Positions 12,937 to 26,636 of a stretch of 64,000 nt of DNA are shown here, piece by piece. The position numbers were made by a program, and so were the translations under genes. The stretch is from contig CM119267.1 in assembly GCA_051294375.1 (NCBI GenBank), forward strand, positions 25,435,293 to 25,499,292, in the 5' to 3' direction. Positions within the stretch are counted from its first letter, which is position 1. Each line of letters starts with the position of its first letter. Under the pieces are notes generated by a model, which had not been told where the DNA came from, made no database searches, and saw only the letters and a program-made list of their open reading frames with translations. This DNA is from Paraspadella gotoi. Its lineage: Eukaryota > Animalia > Chaetognatha.

Positions 12937-15900
12937 ATGACGGCGATGTTTGGGTGGGGTTCGCACACAGATGGTCAGTTGGGTGTCGGCGGCATCGATA
13001 AGCCTTTTCTCGTTTTGCCTAAGGTAAATGCCAAAAAGCATAAATACAGACGTTTTGTAATTAATATCTTAATCTCATTGGTTTCACTTTGTGCAGTCGT
13101 TGAATTTCTTTACCAACACTTCCAAGCAATTAGTTGCCACTGCCTGCGGTTACAACCACACTTTGTTTTTGCTTGACGATGGAAGCGTTTACACATGCGG
13201 CTCAAACGAGTTCGGTATATTTTCGTCTTGACCCTTAAAAACCGCGAAAAAATGTTGGTATTCATTTGCGACCGTCTTTTTTCTAGGCCAATTGGGACAC
13301 GAGAGGTCGCAAGTGGTTCCGCAACAAGTTTTGGCGCTGGAGACGCAAAACGTGAAGAACATTTCGTGCGGAGGTGACCACAACCTCGTCATCACTAACA
13401 AAGGTCAGGTCTTCACGTGGGGCAAAGACGACCGAGGCCAATGCGGTCGCGGTGGACCCGACACCGACGATTCCTTCAAACCAACTCCGCGCATCGTCAA
13501 GTCCTTCGCCAAAACCGTCGTTGTATCCGTCGCCTCTGGGTCCTCACACTCCTTAGCCCTCACACAGGAAGGCCTCCTCTACGCTTTCGGGGACAACGCC
13601 TACGGTCAGCTCGGCCTCGGCAACCGCCGGGTCACCCATTGCTCGGTGCCTGAACGAGTGGGTTCTCTGGATGGCGTCCCATTGACCTCGGTTCACGCCG
13701 GCGGGTATCACTCCTTCGCCATGACCAAATCCGGCGCAGTCTTCGGCTGGGGCAAAAATTCCTTTGGCCAACTGGGCGTCTGCGACACGGCCGATCGGTG
13801 GTTCCCCACATTAGTCAAGGCGCTGCGGAATCAACGCGTCAAGGCCCTCGCCTGTGGGGAATACCACAGCGTGGCGCTGACCACCGAGGGCGGCGTCTTC
13901 ACTTTCGGTCACGGACAGTTTGGACAGTTAGGGCATAATTCGACTAACAACGAAGTCAATCCCAAGAAAGTGTTCGAGCTTATGGGACGGACGGTGACGC
14001 AGATAGCGGCGGGAAGGAGCCACACCATTACGTACGATCAAGGTGATTGATCATCTTTTGAATTAGGCTACTAATTTTGAAACTGTAAAATGTAACCCTT
14101 TTATTTTGGCTCTCAGTCGCGGGCTCTATTCTCAGTTTCGGTCTGGCTTTGAACGGGCAATTGGGCTATGAGCCGAGCAGCGGTCAACCGACCAACCAAC
14201 TTTTGCCCGTCATGGTTCAAGGTCCTTTCGTGTCCTATCAGCGGGCCAAGGAAACGGCAGGCATTCCTGAGATGGAACTCGATGCGTTGAAAATGATGGT
14301 TGTTTATCAGATTTTCGCTGGAGGAAACCATTCGTTCGCCCAGGTGATTTAGGTCGTATTGGCTTTTTTTCCTGATTAGAATAGTGAAAAGTAGTGTGAG
14401 AACAATAAGCACCATATTTTTCCTGTGTCCGCCACCTAAAGGCTTACAACGTCCTTTCGAAACCAACTCGTTTGATGAGCGCCTACTCTGCTTGGCGTCA
14501 GACCAACGTTCTTGGGCTTCCGTCCGCGCAACAAATCGTCGATCCCAGCAACAACGACAGACCTCAGTTCGATTTCTACGAACCAGTTGATCACCGCTTC
14601 CTGCCTTCCTTCCAAACCAACTCCCTGCTCACGTTAAACTCGCAAACTTTCGACGATCTCTTTTGCAATTCGCTCGGCGGTGGACACGTAATAAAGGATT
14701 ACCTGACCACGGTCTTTTCCAACACAGCCTGCTTGAACGGCTCCTTTCTTTCCCCCAACGACGAACACTACGGCTGCTCCACCAAAAACCCTGGCATCAA
14801 CATCGAAGCCGTTCGCGATGGCTTCCGGGTTCTCGCGCAGCGACTGGACTCGTCGATGGATGGGGCGGTAACGTATTGCTTGGAGAAGACTCTTAAAGGC
14901 TTACCCATTGATCCGCCCGACGTCGAAGCCTTGCGCCTGTACCTTATCTTGCCGGAGATGTCGTACTTTAAAGACCTCGACCGCCACGCCAGTATACACG
15001 TACCTTATGCGGCGGCGGCGACTTCCTTGAACAAAAACGCCGGCAAGGTCCTCGACCGATGGTGGGGCCTATTGGGTGACCAATCCTTCAAACCTCTCGT
15101 GGAAATTTTCCGCGACGTGTTGTGCCACTTGCTAAAGTGCTTTTCAGAGAGCAGACCCGATTCGGGCAAAGACTTTCTTCGGGCCGAAATGATGATGATT
15201 CTTAAGATGCTGGAGAAACTGCACGACGTCAACAAACAGCACCAATTTGTCAGCCTCGAGCAGTTCTACGTTCGCGAGATCATCGATCATTGGGACATTC
15301 AGACGGACTACATGGCCTGGTACCAAACGCGGATGGCGAACGAGAATCGCGCCAACTCCTTCGCCATCCCGCCCGCGCCGGCGCCGCTTTTCTGCGACTA
15401 CTCCTTCGTCTTTGACGCTTCTGCTAAGACGCGGATCCTGCAGACGGACGCCATGATGCAAATGCAGGTTTAAATTTGAGGAGAATTGAATATGGAAAGG
15501 TACAATCTCATTTGCATATTGCAGCTTTACCAGAGCCTGAATAAAATTTTATGAATTTTATTATCATTTAGATTTTTAGTACGAAATCAAAATGATATTA
15601 TCAGAGAATAAAGGTGACGGTAAGACGCAGTAATGTACAGTTTAGTGTAATGTGTAATGAAGTGTAATATACTGTAATACATGGTAAAGGACTACTTTTT
15701 TTAGTCTCAAGTACAGTTAATTTGCTTCGAATTTTATTAATATTTGTTTGTGTTATTTTTGAGAACGCCTACGACGAAGCTCAGCGACGCAACATTTTTT
15801 CGTTGTTTGTCGCCCAAGGAATGGAGCAAGTGAACCCGATGCTCGTCCTCTACGTGACGAGGGAAAACATTGTCACTGAGACTCTCAATCAACTCACCAA

Positions 15901-17064
15901 ACAAAAGAACGTCGACTTTAAAAAACCCATGAAGGTTTTTGAGAAAGAAGAAAGAGAAAGAAAAAAATTGATAATAATCTCACGGCCATTTTGAAGAAAA
16001 TCTTTTTCTTCGTCCCATCGTAGGTTATTTTTATCGGGGAGGAGGCCGTGGACGCGGGAGGAGTTCGTAAAGAGTTCTTCATGCTTCTCTTCCGCGATTT
16101 GATAAATCCCAAGTTCGGAATGTTCAAACACTACGAGGAGAGTCGTGCCGTCTGGTTCGATCCCCACACTTTCGAGGAAGAACCCATGTTTTACATGGTT
16201 GGGGTCGTTTGCGGATTGGCCATTTACAATTTCACCATCATCGATCTCAACTTTCCCCTTGTTCTTTACAAGAGGTTGCTCAATCCGGACGTCGAGGTCA
16301 TTATTTTAAAATTATTATAAGATTATGAACAAGTTAGAAATTTTAAATGATTTCTACCATTCAACCAGGTAAGTTTGGAGGATCTCTTCGATCTGGATCA
16401 GACCGTGGCGTCTTCCTTGCGCAGCCTCCTCAATTACGACGGCGACCCCTCCGCATTCCAAGACACTTTCTGCCTTTTTTTCGAAATCACTGAAAACGTT
16501 TTCGGCGAAGAGCGAACGACCGAGTTGAAACCCGATGGAAGCAACGTCCCTGTCACCTTCGATTCGCGCGCCGAATACGTCGAACTCTACGTAAAGAACC
16601 GTTTGGACGCCTCCATCGCTAAACACTTCTCCGCCTTTCGCGAGGGATTCCTCAAAGTCTGCGGCTCCAAGGTGCTGGAGCTTTTTCAGCCGCAGGAGCT
16701 GATGGCCATGGTGGTTGGGAACCAGGACTACGACTGGAACGAATTAGAAAAGAACACCCAATACAACGGAGACTTTTCGCCCCAACACCCCACGATCAAG
16801 ATGTTCTGGAAAGTTTTTCACCAACTTGATTTGGAAGCGAAAAAAAAGTTCCTTCTCTTTCTAACGGGTTCGGACAGAATTCCTATTTTGGGCATGAAAT
16901 CTCTGAGGATGGTCATCAAGTCGACGGCCGGTGGCGAAAACTACTTCCCCGTCGCTCACACTTGCTTCAATCTCCTTGATTTACCTTTGTATACGAACGA
17001 AGAGACGCTGAAGGAAAAGCTATTGGCCGCCATTGAACACAATCAGGGATTTTCTCTCGTTTAG
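12937..17064 (+). CDS. HERC4: Small HERC E3 ubiquitin ligase (RCC1-like domain + HECT), 8 exons
   Basis: RCC1 repeats (GWGKNSFGQLG, FTFGHGQFGQLGH); PDVEALRLYLILP; DAGGVRKEFF; catalytic HECT motif FPVAHTCFNLLDLP; C-terminal GFSLV. Confidence 0.93.
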
Positions 17065-17991
17065 TCGACGCCGTCTCTTCAATTGACTTTTTCGGACACT
17101 TTGCTTTACGACGACTGTGATAAGACATACTAGTAGAATATATTTTATCCTGATTTGTTAAAAATATAATTTGGAGCGACATTTTTTTTTTATTTATTTT
17201 TTTTTTTGTGGAATTAAACGCTTTTATTGAGCCGTTTGTTTTATACGAATACTATACCCAATATTATATTTGTTCTTAGGCCATAGAAGAGTTAAACTTA
17301 TTTATATAGTTTTTATTATATAATGGGGCGATGTTTTGGTAAGAATGGTTTGAAAAGTTACAAAAAAAGCTTGCCATACGTTTTGAAAATGAGTCAATAA
17401 TAAAAAATTTCAACACGAGTTGACATATTCCTCAAGAAAAACGACACTACATTGTAACCTTGGGACTGAAAGCTTGCTATTTATCAATTCGGGGTAAGAG
17501 ATAAAGTTTGGTTCCCGTTTGAGTTCGGTTTGAGCTGAGAAACCGATGTTTCTGATTTACGTCGTTTGATTCATTTGTGTTAAAGCCGACTTTTGGTTGT
17601 TTTTCAGGAAAAGACCTTCTCCTTTGAGATAATAAACATGAAGGCGTTTTAATGTCTGATACGGATCGAGATTTCGCTAACACTGATGACTTAAAATAAC
17701 AGATTCATCTCTCCTAAATTGGTAATTACACTTTACAGCAATATCGGGTAATTATAGTTATCAACCTCAAAAATGAGAAACAAATTAGGAAGTTTCCGCT
17801 CGGTGATGTTTTATTTTTGCTTCTGCAATTTAGTCGAAAGTCACTTTGACCTGGTTAATATACTTATCGACGTCATGTCAAGAAATATTTTAGTCCTTTA
17901 TCCAATTTGTTGGATGTCATACATTGTCTAAACGTTTTTGGCGCAATATTTTACAGCATAATAACTTTGAAATTAATATTTGATCACCGTG

Positions 17992-19716
17992 ATGCCTAAA
18001 CGTAAAACGACTCCCGGGCGGCGACCCAAACCCGTCGATGTAGACGACACTGAGTCTTTCGTAGACACGCCCCCCGTCGACGACGCTACGTGGGTGAATC
18101 TAATGACGCCGCGGCTTCGGAGCCACGAGGACATCGAGAAGGGATTCGTGGAAAAGATCGCCGAGATCGAAGAGAAATATGGCAACATTTCCGACGATTC
18201 CATCGCCACCGTCTATAAAGTTGCGGATGAGTGGAAACCCAAAAATAAAAACAAAGTTAAAAGCGGAAACAAAGAGAATCGAAGCGCCAAGCCTCCGTCC
18301 AGTCGCCACAAAAGTAAGAGCGGACGGGACCCTGTCGGCCCGCGACATAGGAACGACTTTGTATCCCCAGCTGCGTTGGCGATTTCTTCCCGCGCGCAGG
18401 CCGAGTTCGAGCTCTCCTGTTGCGACGAGGATTTTTTGACTTTCAGTCGCACGGAAAGTTCTACTTCTTCCAAGAAAGATCGAGCCTCGCCCTTTAAAGT
18501 CCCGACGACCCTCCCTGTCTCTGCGAAAAAATCGTCGGCCCGTTATCGAGCGAAACCGCTTGAAAATGAAGAAGTCTCGGTCACGTCCAACGAAGAATCG
18601 CACTACGAGGTTTGCGGAAAGAGTTGCACTACCAGCGCCAATAATCGCCAAGGTGCCGTCAAAGATTTTCAAAAAGAGCCTAAAAAGTTGGCTCCTGTTT
18701 CTGGAGAGGTCTCCTCACCTCGAAAACGCGTCAAACCTTTGAACACACAACTTCCTTCTACCTTCAATGAAACGTCACTGTCTCCCGTCGTCCTCTTATC
18801 CGAACCAAGAAGGAGTCTACTTCTCAAATCCGAAAAGACGACAAAAGAAAAGATTTCGCGAGGATCGCCAGCTCTCAAGGTTCGTCGCCTCAAAACCACT
18901 TTTCTCGGCTCTGTGTCTTCGGCCAACGAATCTTCGGCGTCAACGCCTTTTCAATGCGACACTTCCAACCAGTCAAAACCCGCCGTGGAGATTTCATTTG
19001 AGCCGACAGATAAAGTGACGGGTAATGAGTGTCCATCAATCGTCGAGTCAACCCTGGCCGATGACGTTGATCCGCCTCCGTTGTTTTCCATTGACAAATC
19101 ACCGAGCGAGGTTTCGCCGCCAATTCTTGCCGGAGGACCTTCTCCTCTTTTTCCTCGCTCTCAACATTCCCCGAAATCCAATCCGATAGAAGTATCGGGG
19201 AGAAAAAATGATTCTTTGGAGGAGAACGAATCATTCTTCCAGGATTCCTCCGTCACTCCCGCGATGAAAGAGTTCTTCTCCACATTCAAGAAGTTTCGCA
19301 GCGAAATAGCGACGATGCGTCTGGAGAAAGAGCGAGTCGCTGCCGAGTTGGTCGAGTCCCGCCGGGTTTCGATGTCTCAAATGGCGGCGGCGCGCGACGT
19401 GGAGACCAAGCTGCGTCAAGAGCTCGAGGCAAAGGAATTTTCCTTGACAAAGATGAGGAAAGAATTAAGCGAGGAGCAGCGAAAGAAGAAGGAGTCCGAT
19501 GAGAGAGCTCGCCAGTCCGAAGAGAAGATTAAGCGCCTTGTCGAAGAGAAGGAGGATGTGGAAGCAAGCTTGAAGCATCGGCTCACTGTCAGGGAGAGGA
19601 TCGTCAACGAGGTGGTTACCGCATTTCGCAAAGACATGAATATTTTACGTGCTATGGCCGCCAAAGGTTGGAATTTTGTGGAGGAGTTGGAAGAACGAAT
19701 CTCGGAAATGGATTAG
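17992..19716 (+). CDS. Intronless uncharacterised protein (~574 aa): basic N-terminus, Scm3/HJURP-like motif, Ser/Pro-rich middle, C-terminal coiled coil
   Basis: Long open frame with exon-like composition, first ATG at 17992 (MPKRKTT), AATAAA shortly after the stop. No family recognised with certainty. Confidence 0.8.
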   Translation: MPKRKTTPGRRPKPVDVDDTESFVDTPPVDDATWVNLMTPRLRSHEDIEKGFVEKIAEIEEKYGNISDDSIATVYKVADEWKPKNKNKVKSGNKENRSAKPPSSRHKSKSGRDPVGPRHRNDFVSPAALAISSRAQAEFELSCCDEDFLTFSRTESSTSSKKDRASPFKVPTTLPVSAKKSSARYRAKPLENEEVSVTSNEESHYEVCGKSCTTSANNRQGAVKDFQKEPKKLAPVSGEVSSPRKRVKPLNTQLPSTFNETSLSPVVLLSEPRRSLLLKSEKTTKEKISRGSPALKVRRLKTTFLGSVSSANESSASTPFQCDTSNQSKPAVEISFEPTDKVTGNECPSIVESTLADDVDPPPLFSIDKSPSEVSPPILAGGPSPLFPRSQHSPKSNPIEVSGRKNDSLEENESFFQDSSVTPAMKEFFSTFKKFRSEIATMRLEKERVAAELVESRRVSMSQMAAARDVETKLRQELEAKEFSLTKMRKELSEEQRKKKESDERARQSEEKIKRLVEEKEDVEASLKHRLTVRERIVNEVVTAFRKDMNILRAMAAKGWNFVEELEERISEMD

Positions 19717-20946
19717 TTTTCGACTATTTAGAACGTTTGTGACATTTTATTAAATATTAAAATGTGACAAATAAACCGTGTACTTTTTGTGCCATAGGTA
19801 CCACTTGTTTTGATTCAATTGTTATTGTGTTTTTTTCTCTTTGACCTTCCATTATTTTTGTTTATTTTTTTAAACATTTGCAGTTTTCAGCAATTGCTAA
19901 AACGGAAAATAAAAATGAATTAAAAAACACATATTATTTGTATGACATAATGCTTATCGGCCCGTTAAGCATTATGTCATACAAATATATGTTTTTGTTT
20001 TTTTTATATATCGGGGATAGTTAAACCGTTGTCCCTGACATTAGACAGGCTTTGGTGGTTTAAGGCCTCCTTCATTTTGCTCCATTATTTTGCTGATGAA
20101 CGGTAATTTTTGTATGATAGCTCGCCTTGATACGGCATGGATCGGCTTAATGATTGTCAGTGGTTCATTGAAAGTTCAGATATATAATGATTCATAACCT
20201 GCAGCCATGAAAATCACAATTTATTTAGCACCAATCAAGAGAGGGCTTAATGTAAAAAGAATTAAAACATCTTAAAAACTCTTAAAACTCCGACACTGGC
20301 TTTTCTAATAATATCAAGTGTTCTGCATATAAGGAAAAGGGTTTAATATAAATTAATTCGTAACGATAATCAATTAAAATTAATTAGATTATAAACCAAT
20401 GTTTTATTAAGTTACAAATATGTATCTTGAGAATTTAAGTCCAACATGTATCTTCTTTTGAATTTAGTTTTTAAGTATTTATGTCTGAGTAAACTAGAAA
20501 TATAGTTGATCTTCATTATCTCATAGTGATTAGTGACTAGTAATTTTTGTGTTCGCAATTATAGGTAAAGTAACATGTTAACAGAATCGAGGTTATTGAA
20601 TATAGATTAGAGCGTAGTGAAAGTTACTTACGGAAATTCTAAATGTCAATTATGAACAACATACGATCAGTGAACATTAATTTGTAAAAAAAAAAAATTT
20701 TATGTTCTTCAATTTTTGCAGTAGGCTATATTTATATATAGTACTATCCTTATAAAATCGAAAAATTTCAAAATAGGTTTTTCTTAATTTTGATTGCAGA
20801 TTTGAATTCCTCGTCAAAAGTTTATATAAGAAAATATAAATCATTTTTAAAAATTCTTTCATTAAGTGGGTTAAAAATTAAAAAAAAACTAATTAATTTG
20901 CAAATTTTCATAAAATTTTAATTTTCAGCTAAAATATAGGTTTTTT

Positions 20947-21652
20947 AGTCAGATCTGCTTACAGCAGATTCCGGCTCTATAATTCACTTTGTCGGTCCGC
21001 CCCCTCAAACTTGTCAGGCATTAACTTAGATCATGTTATAACATCGAATTATGATAAATTATGCAAAAAAAAACGATGTCCGTCTGTCCGTCCATCCCAC
21101 CTTAGCAAAAAACTCCAATTGCTCCTGATTGAATGGATGGATTGGAATGAAATTTTGTATGTAGTTAGGGAAGTGTGTAATTGAGCTGGATATGAAGTTT
21201 TGATGGAATCGTGCGAGTAGAAATGAGTTTAAATAGAAAAAACAAATAAATCTATTTCACTAATTGATTATGCTTCTTTTTCTTTTATATTAAATGTAAA
21301 TGCAGAATGTATTAATTAATCAAATAATCACTTAATTAATCAATTAGTCAATTAATCAAAAAAATTAATTAATCAATCAATTAATCAATTTATTTAGTTT
21401 CTATTAATTAATTATTCAATCAATTTATTTATAAATTAAATAATTTTTTAATTAATTAATCAATCAAGTCGTTGTCGTCATCATCGTCGTCGTTGCTTTT
21501 GTCGTGGTCAGTGACGAAAAGACCTGAAAACCAACATTTCGGATCAAATTAATTTATTAATTAAATTATTATTTTAGTTTATATAGTTTTAATCAATTAA
21601 TTACCGCTAATGATCGTGGGCAGATCCGACATTGTTTGCTCAAACTTGTTTT
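20947..21652 (+). mobile_element. Helentron/DINE-1-like element family B, apparently complete
   Basis: In T-rich flanks; 5' stem-loop GTCAGATCTGC..GCAGATTCCGGC; GTCCGTCTGTCCGTCC microsatellite; 3' sub-TIR GCAGATCCGAC followed by hairpin GTTTG-CT-CAAAC. Confidence 0.75.
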
Positions 21653-22289
21653 ATATTTGATCAACTTAATGAAAGAATTTTTAAAAAAGAGTTTTCTTTA
21701 TATCAATTTTTTTATATCAACTTTTCAGGACGAATCCAAATCTGAAAAAAAATCTTACAAAAAAACTATTTTTAAATTTTAACATTTATTGAATTAGTAC
21801 TAGTATAATTATGACCTACTGCGTAAATTGTAAAATTTATTATAATTTTTTTTATACATAAATGTTCGTAAGTATAATGTTGTTCATTCCTCACTTTTAG
21901 AATTTTTACTACGCTTTAATGTAGATTCCACCTGCGTTGATATTATTAGGAAGTGAGATTTTTAAACATTTATTTTATTAGAGCTTCTTATTTTATATTT
22001 AACCATGATAAAGAGCATTGGTGGGAAGATATATTAGCAAATTTCTCCACTTCTTGTGTAAGACTTGAATTAAGAGAATCATGTCGAGTTTTATTGAGTT
22101 TTCATCAAATATCGTGAAATACATGAGCGTCATTTTTATTCGTGAACTTCACCTTAAAGTTACGGCAATTGGTCAATTGGTAATAAAGCTGGTTATGTGT
22201 CGAGTATTTAATTAAGTTTTGGTTAAATATTATTTCCGTCGATGGAACCCAAGACTTGATAGTGAAAGATTCAAGAAATCGGCTTCAAG

Positions 22290-23820
22290 ATGTCAGCGAA
22301 GCCGAAAACCAAAGAGAGTCAATCGGTTGAACTGGGACCCTGGAGAATAACCAGCGTCAGAAGTCACATTCTCCCTTCCGAAGGTTATTTAATATTTATT
22401 TCTTCTTTTCTGAAAGATAAGAGAAGTGTTTGGCACAGCCTCTTCCCCTTAAAGGTCCCGTCCGCGGGGAATGGGAACGGGCGCTGGAATTGCCCCAGTT
22501 GCCAGAGATGATCTTCCACGAGAACAAAGTGGAGATTGTCCATTCCACCCACGAGTTCGGACTCGAGTTTTGCGCCCTCGATGCGCTCAAACTCATCGAC
22601 GCCCATCGTTTGCCTGAAGGTCTGGGGGGGTGGAGGGAATTATCATTTTATTTTAGTAAAAAGAAAGAAAATAACGGAAGACTGAAATGGGATTTTTGTT
22701 TTGGCAAGGGATCAAAGTGGCAGCGACAGAGACGTGGAGATCCGCTCGTCAAGACTGCGAATTCATCGACAAAGAAGTGGTTCGTCGTTTCTTTTCTTTT
22801 TTCATCGTATAAAAAATGAAAAAAACAACTTAGATATTTCTTAATCAACTTAACTTTTTAAGTATTCTGTGAGTAGTATTGATTAAATAAAAAAATAAAA
22901 ATTATCACCAGGTGAAGCCCTTTGACTGGACTTTCACCACCCCCTACCGAGGCTCGATCGTCGGTGATGAATTCGCGTCTCTCGTCGAAGCCACGGACGA
23001 ACGCATAGACTTGGAGAGGCTCAAGGTCAATTTATATATTTCATTAGATTATTATATATTTGTTAGATTAAAGATAAAGACGAGAGGTTCGCTAGAATTA
23101 TCTGCGTTTTAGAATTTTGTCATCAATTGACTTGTTGTTGTTATCAAAGTTACGCTGTTGCGATGGGTCTTATGCATTGTGCAATTGCCGGTTTGCAACG
23201 GGTTCAAACCTGATATTTTGAATATAAATTTATATGTTAATAAGTGAAATTTAACATAACAGATTAAAGAAGATATTCTTTTCTATGACGACGTTTGCCT
23301 TTTCGAGGACGAACTCGGCGACAACGGTTCTTCTGTTCTCTCCGTTAAAATTCGCTGCATGCCCACCTCCTTCTTCGTTCTCATGGTGGGTTGGGTAAAC
23401 CCTTCTTTGTATGGATATAGAGTTTGATCGTGGAAAATGGTTGATCATATCGCTTAGTACAAAAAACTTTGAATACGTAATCAGCGATTCTTCATGCGAG
23501 TGGACGGCGTCATGATTCGGATGATCGACACAAGATTATATCACTCGAGCGGCACCAACTTCTTTCTTCGCGAATTTCTCGTAAAGTATACAATTAGTCC
23601 TGAAGAGAATAATTTTAAACTTTATCAATTCAATGATGTATCAATGATTAACTAATACATCTCTACTCGTTATTTTTTTTTCACCGTAAGGGAAGGCCGA
23701 TTCGAATCCTTACGTCACCTTCCGCCTCATTTGTTCACGAATCCGACGGAAATCGGGGATCATCTCAAAACGATCACGCAAGAAAACGAAAAACTTTTCT
23801 TTCCTCTCCCGAAATATTGA
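22290..23820 (+). CDS. TIPRL: TIP41-like PP2A regulator, 7 exons
   Basis: [65 protein letters not shown]. Confidence 0.95.
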
Positions 23821-24094
23821 CCACGCTCACTCGTTCCTCACCATTTCCCTCCACTATTGTCCCTCTATTCTCTTACTTACCCTTTCTACTTTTCCACCGA
23901 CCTTTTTTTATGCGCATTCGAATTTTCTCAGACCAAAATCATTAGCAACGTAGTAACATTTAGGATCTCGAATCACCTTAGATTAAAAAACACGGGACGC
24001 GAATATTAAGAAGCTGGAAAGACTAAAATTACTATAGAACTGCTGAAATAACGATTCTTAAATCCATTTTTAAAATTAAATTGTAAAAAAGAAA

Positions 24095-25494
24095 ATGGCT
24101 AGCCCGCGCACGAGGAAAGCCTTGAAAGATCTTAAACTGAAGGAGGGCAACGGGTCGTGCTTCGAGTGCGGCGGGCCCAACCCTCAATGGGTCAGCGTCT
24201 CCTACGGCATCTGGATCTGCCTGGAATGCTCGGGCAAGCACCGCGGCCTCGGCGTCCACCTCAGCTTCGTTCGGTCGGTCACGATGGACAAGTGGAAGGA
24301 CATAGAGCTGGAGAAGATGAAGCGAGGGGGAAATGCTAGGGCCAAAGCCTTTTTCGAGGGTAAGGGGTTGAAAGCGTGACTAGATGACATTGAAAGCGCA
24401 AATAGAGAATTAACGACGATTTCCTCTTTTTTTCTTTTGTGCGCGTTCCCCCTCCCTATTTCTTTTTCATTTTCTAAATTTTTAAAAAAAGTTATGTCCT
24501 AACCCAAATTGTTTTTCCAGGAGAGCCCGATTTCGACCCTGCGTGGAACTTCGCTGCTAAATACAACAGCAGAGCAGCTGCGCTGCTGCGGGACAAGATC
24601 GCCGTCGAAGCCTCCGGCGCCGCCTGGGACCGCTCCTCTTCGCCGGCGCTCAGTCACAAACCCTCGTCCGCCTCCTTGGCGTCGGCGGCTCTCACCCGCG
24701 GCACCCGGATGCAACAGTCTTCGGGCGGCTCTGTGTCTTCTTCCGGTCAGAATGTCCGCGGTTTTCGCATTGTTCATTTTTTCTTGTTTCTTATCTGTAT
24801 ATAATTTGTATATGTTTCCATTGTTTAGTAGTTTTTACTATTATTTCTCTCAGGTTTTTCTTCTTATCAAGACGGCGGGTCCTCCTCTTCCCTCTCCTCC
24901 TTGGCCTCCTCAGACGCCGTTCGCTCATCGCGCGATTCCTTTTTCGAACGGAGGCAAAACGAAAACGCGACTCGACCAGAGAACCTCCCTCCTTCTCAGG
25001 TCCTTAATTCTCATTTGCATGTTTATGTTGCGTATGATTCTATGAAGTATTTCTCAACTTTTATTATTCATACTTAATATAATTAGATAGATAATTTAAC
25101 ATTATATTGACATTTTTGCGCTGCGATTTAATCGCTCATTCTGATTCGATCAGGGCGGGAAGTACGCGGGTTTCGGGAATCAAGTCTCTTCGCCTCCGGC
25201 CAAAACTCCGCAACAAGAAATGATGGACAACACCTGGGCCACTGGTATCTTACAAATAGGCGATGAGTTGTACATTGTACAATAATCAGCCATTGATGTG
25301 GTGAGGGAGTTTTGCTCTTCTTTCTCTTAGTTTCATCCGGTTGGGGAATGTTCGCCACTTCCGCCGCCAAGTTCGCCAGCGCCGCCAAAGAGAACGCCGT
25401 CAAGTACGGCGCCAAGGCCGCTGAGAAGGCGACCGAATTGGGACAGACCGTCAACGAGAGCGTTGTCAAACCCACCGCTACGAGAGTCAAAGAC

Positions 25495-25528
<34 letters not shown>

Positions 25529-26636
25529 NNNNNNNNNNNNNNNNNNNNTGTGAGTGTAAAAATCATCGCTCTGAATATCAGGGACGATCGTGGACGGGAT
25601 TTCCGCTTCCGTCTCGGATTTGGCGTCAAAGGTGTCGATGGGGAACATCAAAGGCTGGACCTCGAGTCTCCTCGGCTCTGGATACGAGACGCCCGAAGGA
25701 GAGACGCGTTCCGAGTTTGTCGCCAGGTCCTTTTTCATTTATTCTTTTTGGTCGTTATCCTTGAAAATTGATCGATTTTACAAAAAAAAGTACGTATTAT
25801 TTTCTCAGAGACCCGATCGATCGCGGAATGCCTCTTTCCCCAACCGAAGAAGCCGACTTTTTTCCTTCCATGAGTCATTCGCGATCTGAACCATCGTCCC
25901 TCGCGCGCTTTGCTGGCACCGACGACGACGGCGTCGGCGTAGGCGTAGGAGTCGGTCGCCGGACCGAAGATCGCAAAGATGAATGGCACGGGGACGGTTG
26001 GGACGAATGGTCTCCGGAAAAGACGACGACGACGAGGACAACGACGACAGTCAAGTCTCGCCCCGACGACGACGATGATGACGACGGCTGGGGAGGATGG
26101 AGCGACGCCAAGCCAAAGACGAAAGCGACGAAAAAAATGACCTCGAAACTCGATGGTGCTCAGGAAACGCCGGAGGAAGGACGGAAGAGGAACACGACGA
26201 TTGCGACGAACGCGACGACGACTAACGGAAAAAAATCGACTTTAGACGACGATTTGTGGAATTTGGACGATTGGGAGGCGCTTCCGGTCGAGAAGGAGAA
26301 AATTGGGGAAACCGAAAGTAGCGTTGGAACCGGAAATGGGATCAGTAACGGAGGTGGAGTCGGAGACGTCGACGCGGATTTCCTAGGATTCGAGGAGATG
26401 AAAATTTCAAAGCCGATTGAGAAAAAAGGCTCGGGAATCGAAGATCTATTGGGTGAGGGTTTCATGTTTACATTACTCGCCTGCTTAATAACTTACCTTG
26501 CATACTGCGCATCCTTACCTCTTCAGATTTCGAGGATTTGGACGAGAAATCCTCGAGTAAAACGACGACGGAGAAAAAAGGATCTTGGGACTGGGAAGAC
26601 GAAGACTTCGAAGACTGGCTCTCCATAGAAAAATAA
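24095..26636 (+). CDS. ARFGAP1: ADP-ribosylation factor GAP 1, 8 exons
   Basis: MASPRTR; ArfGAP zinc finger [37 protein letters not shown]; [13 protein letters not shown]; [11 protein letters not shown]-like region; Trp/acidic tail. One intron spans the N gap. Confidence 0.93.
25529..25548. other. Assembly gap next to a (GA)n tract in an ARFGAP1 intron
   Basis: Run of N. Confidence 1.
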
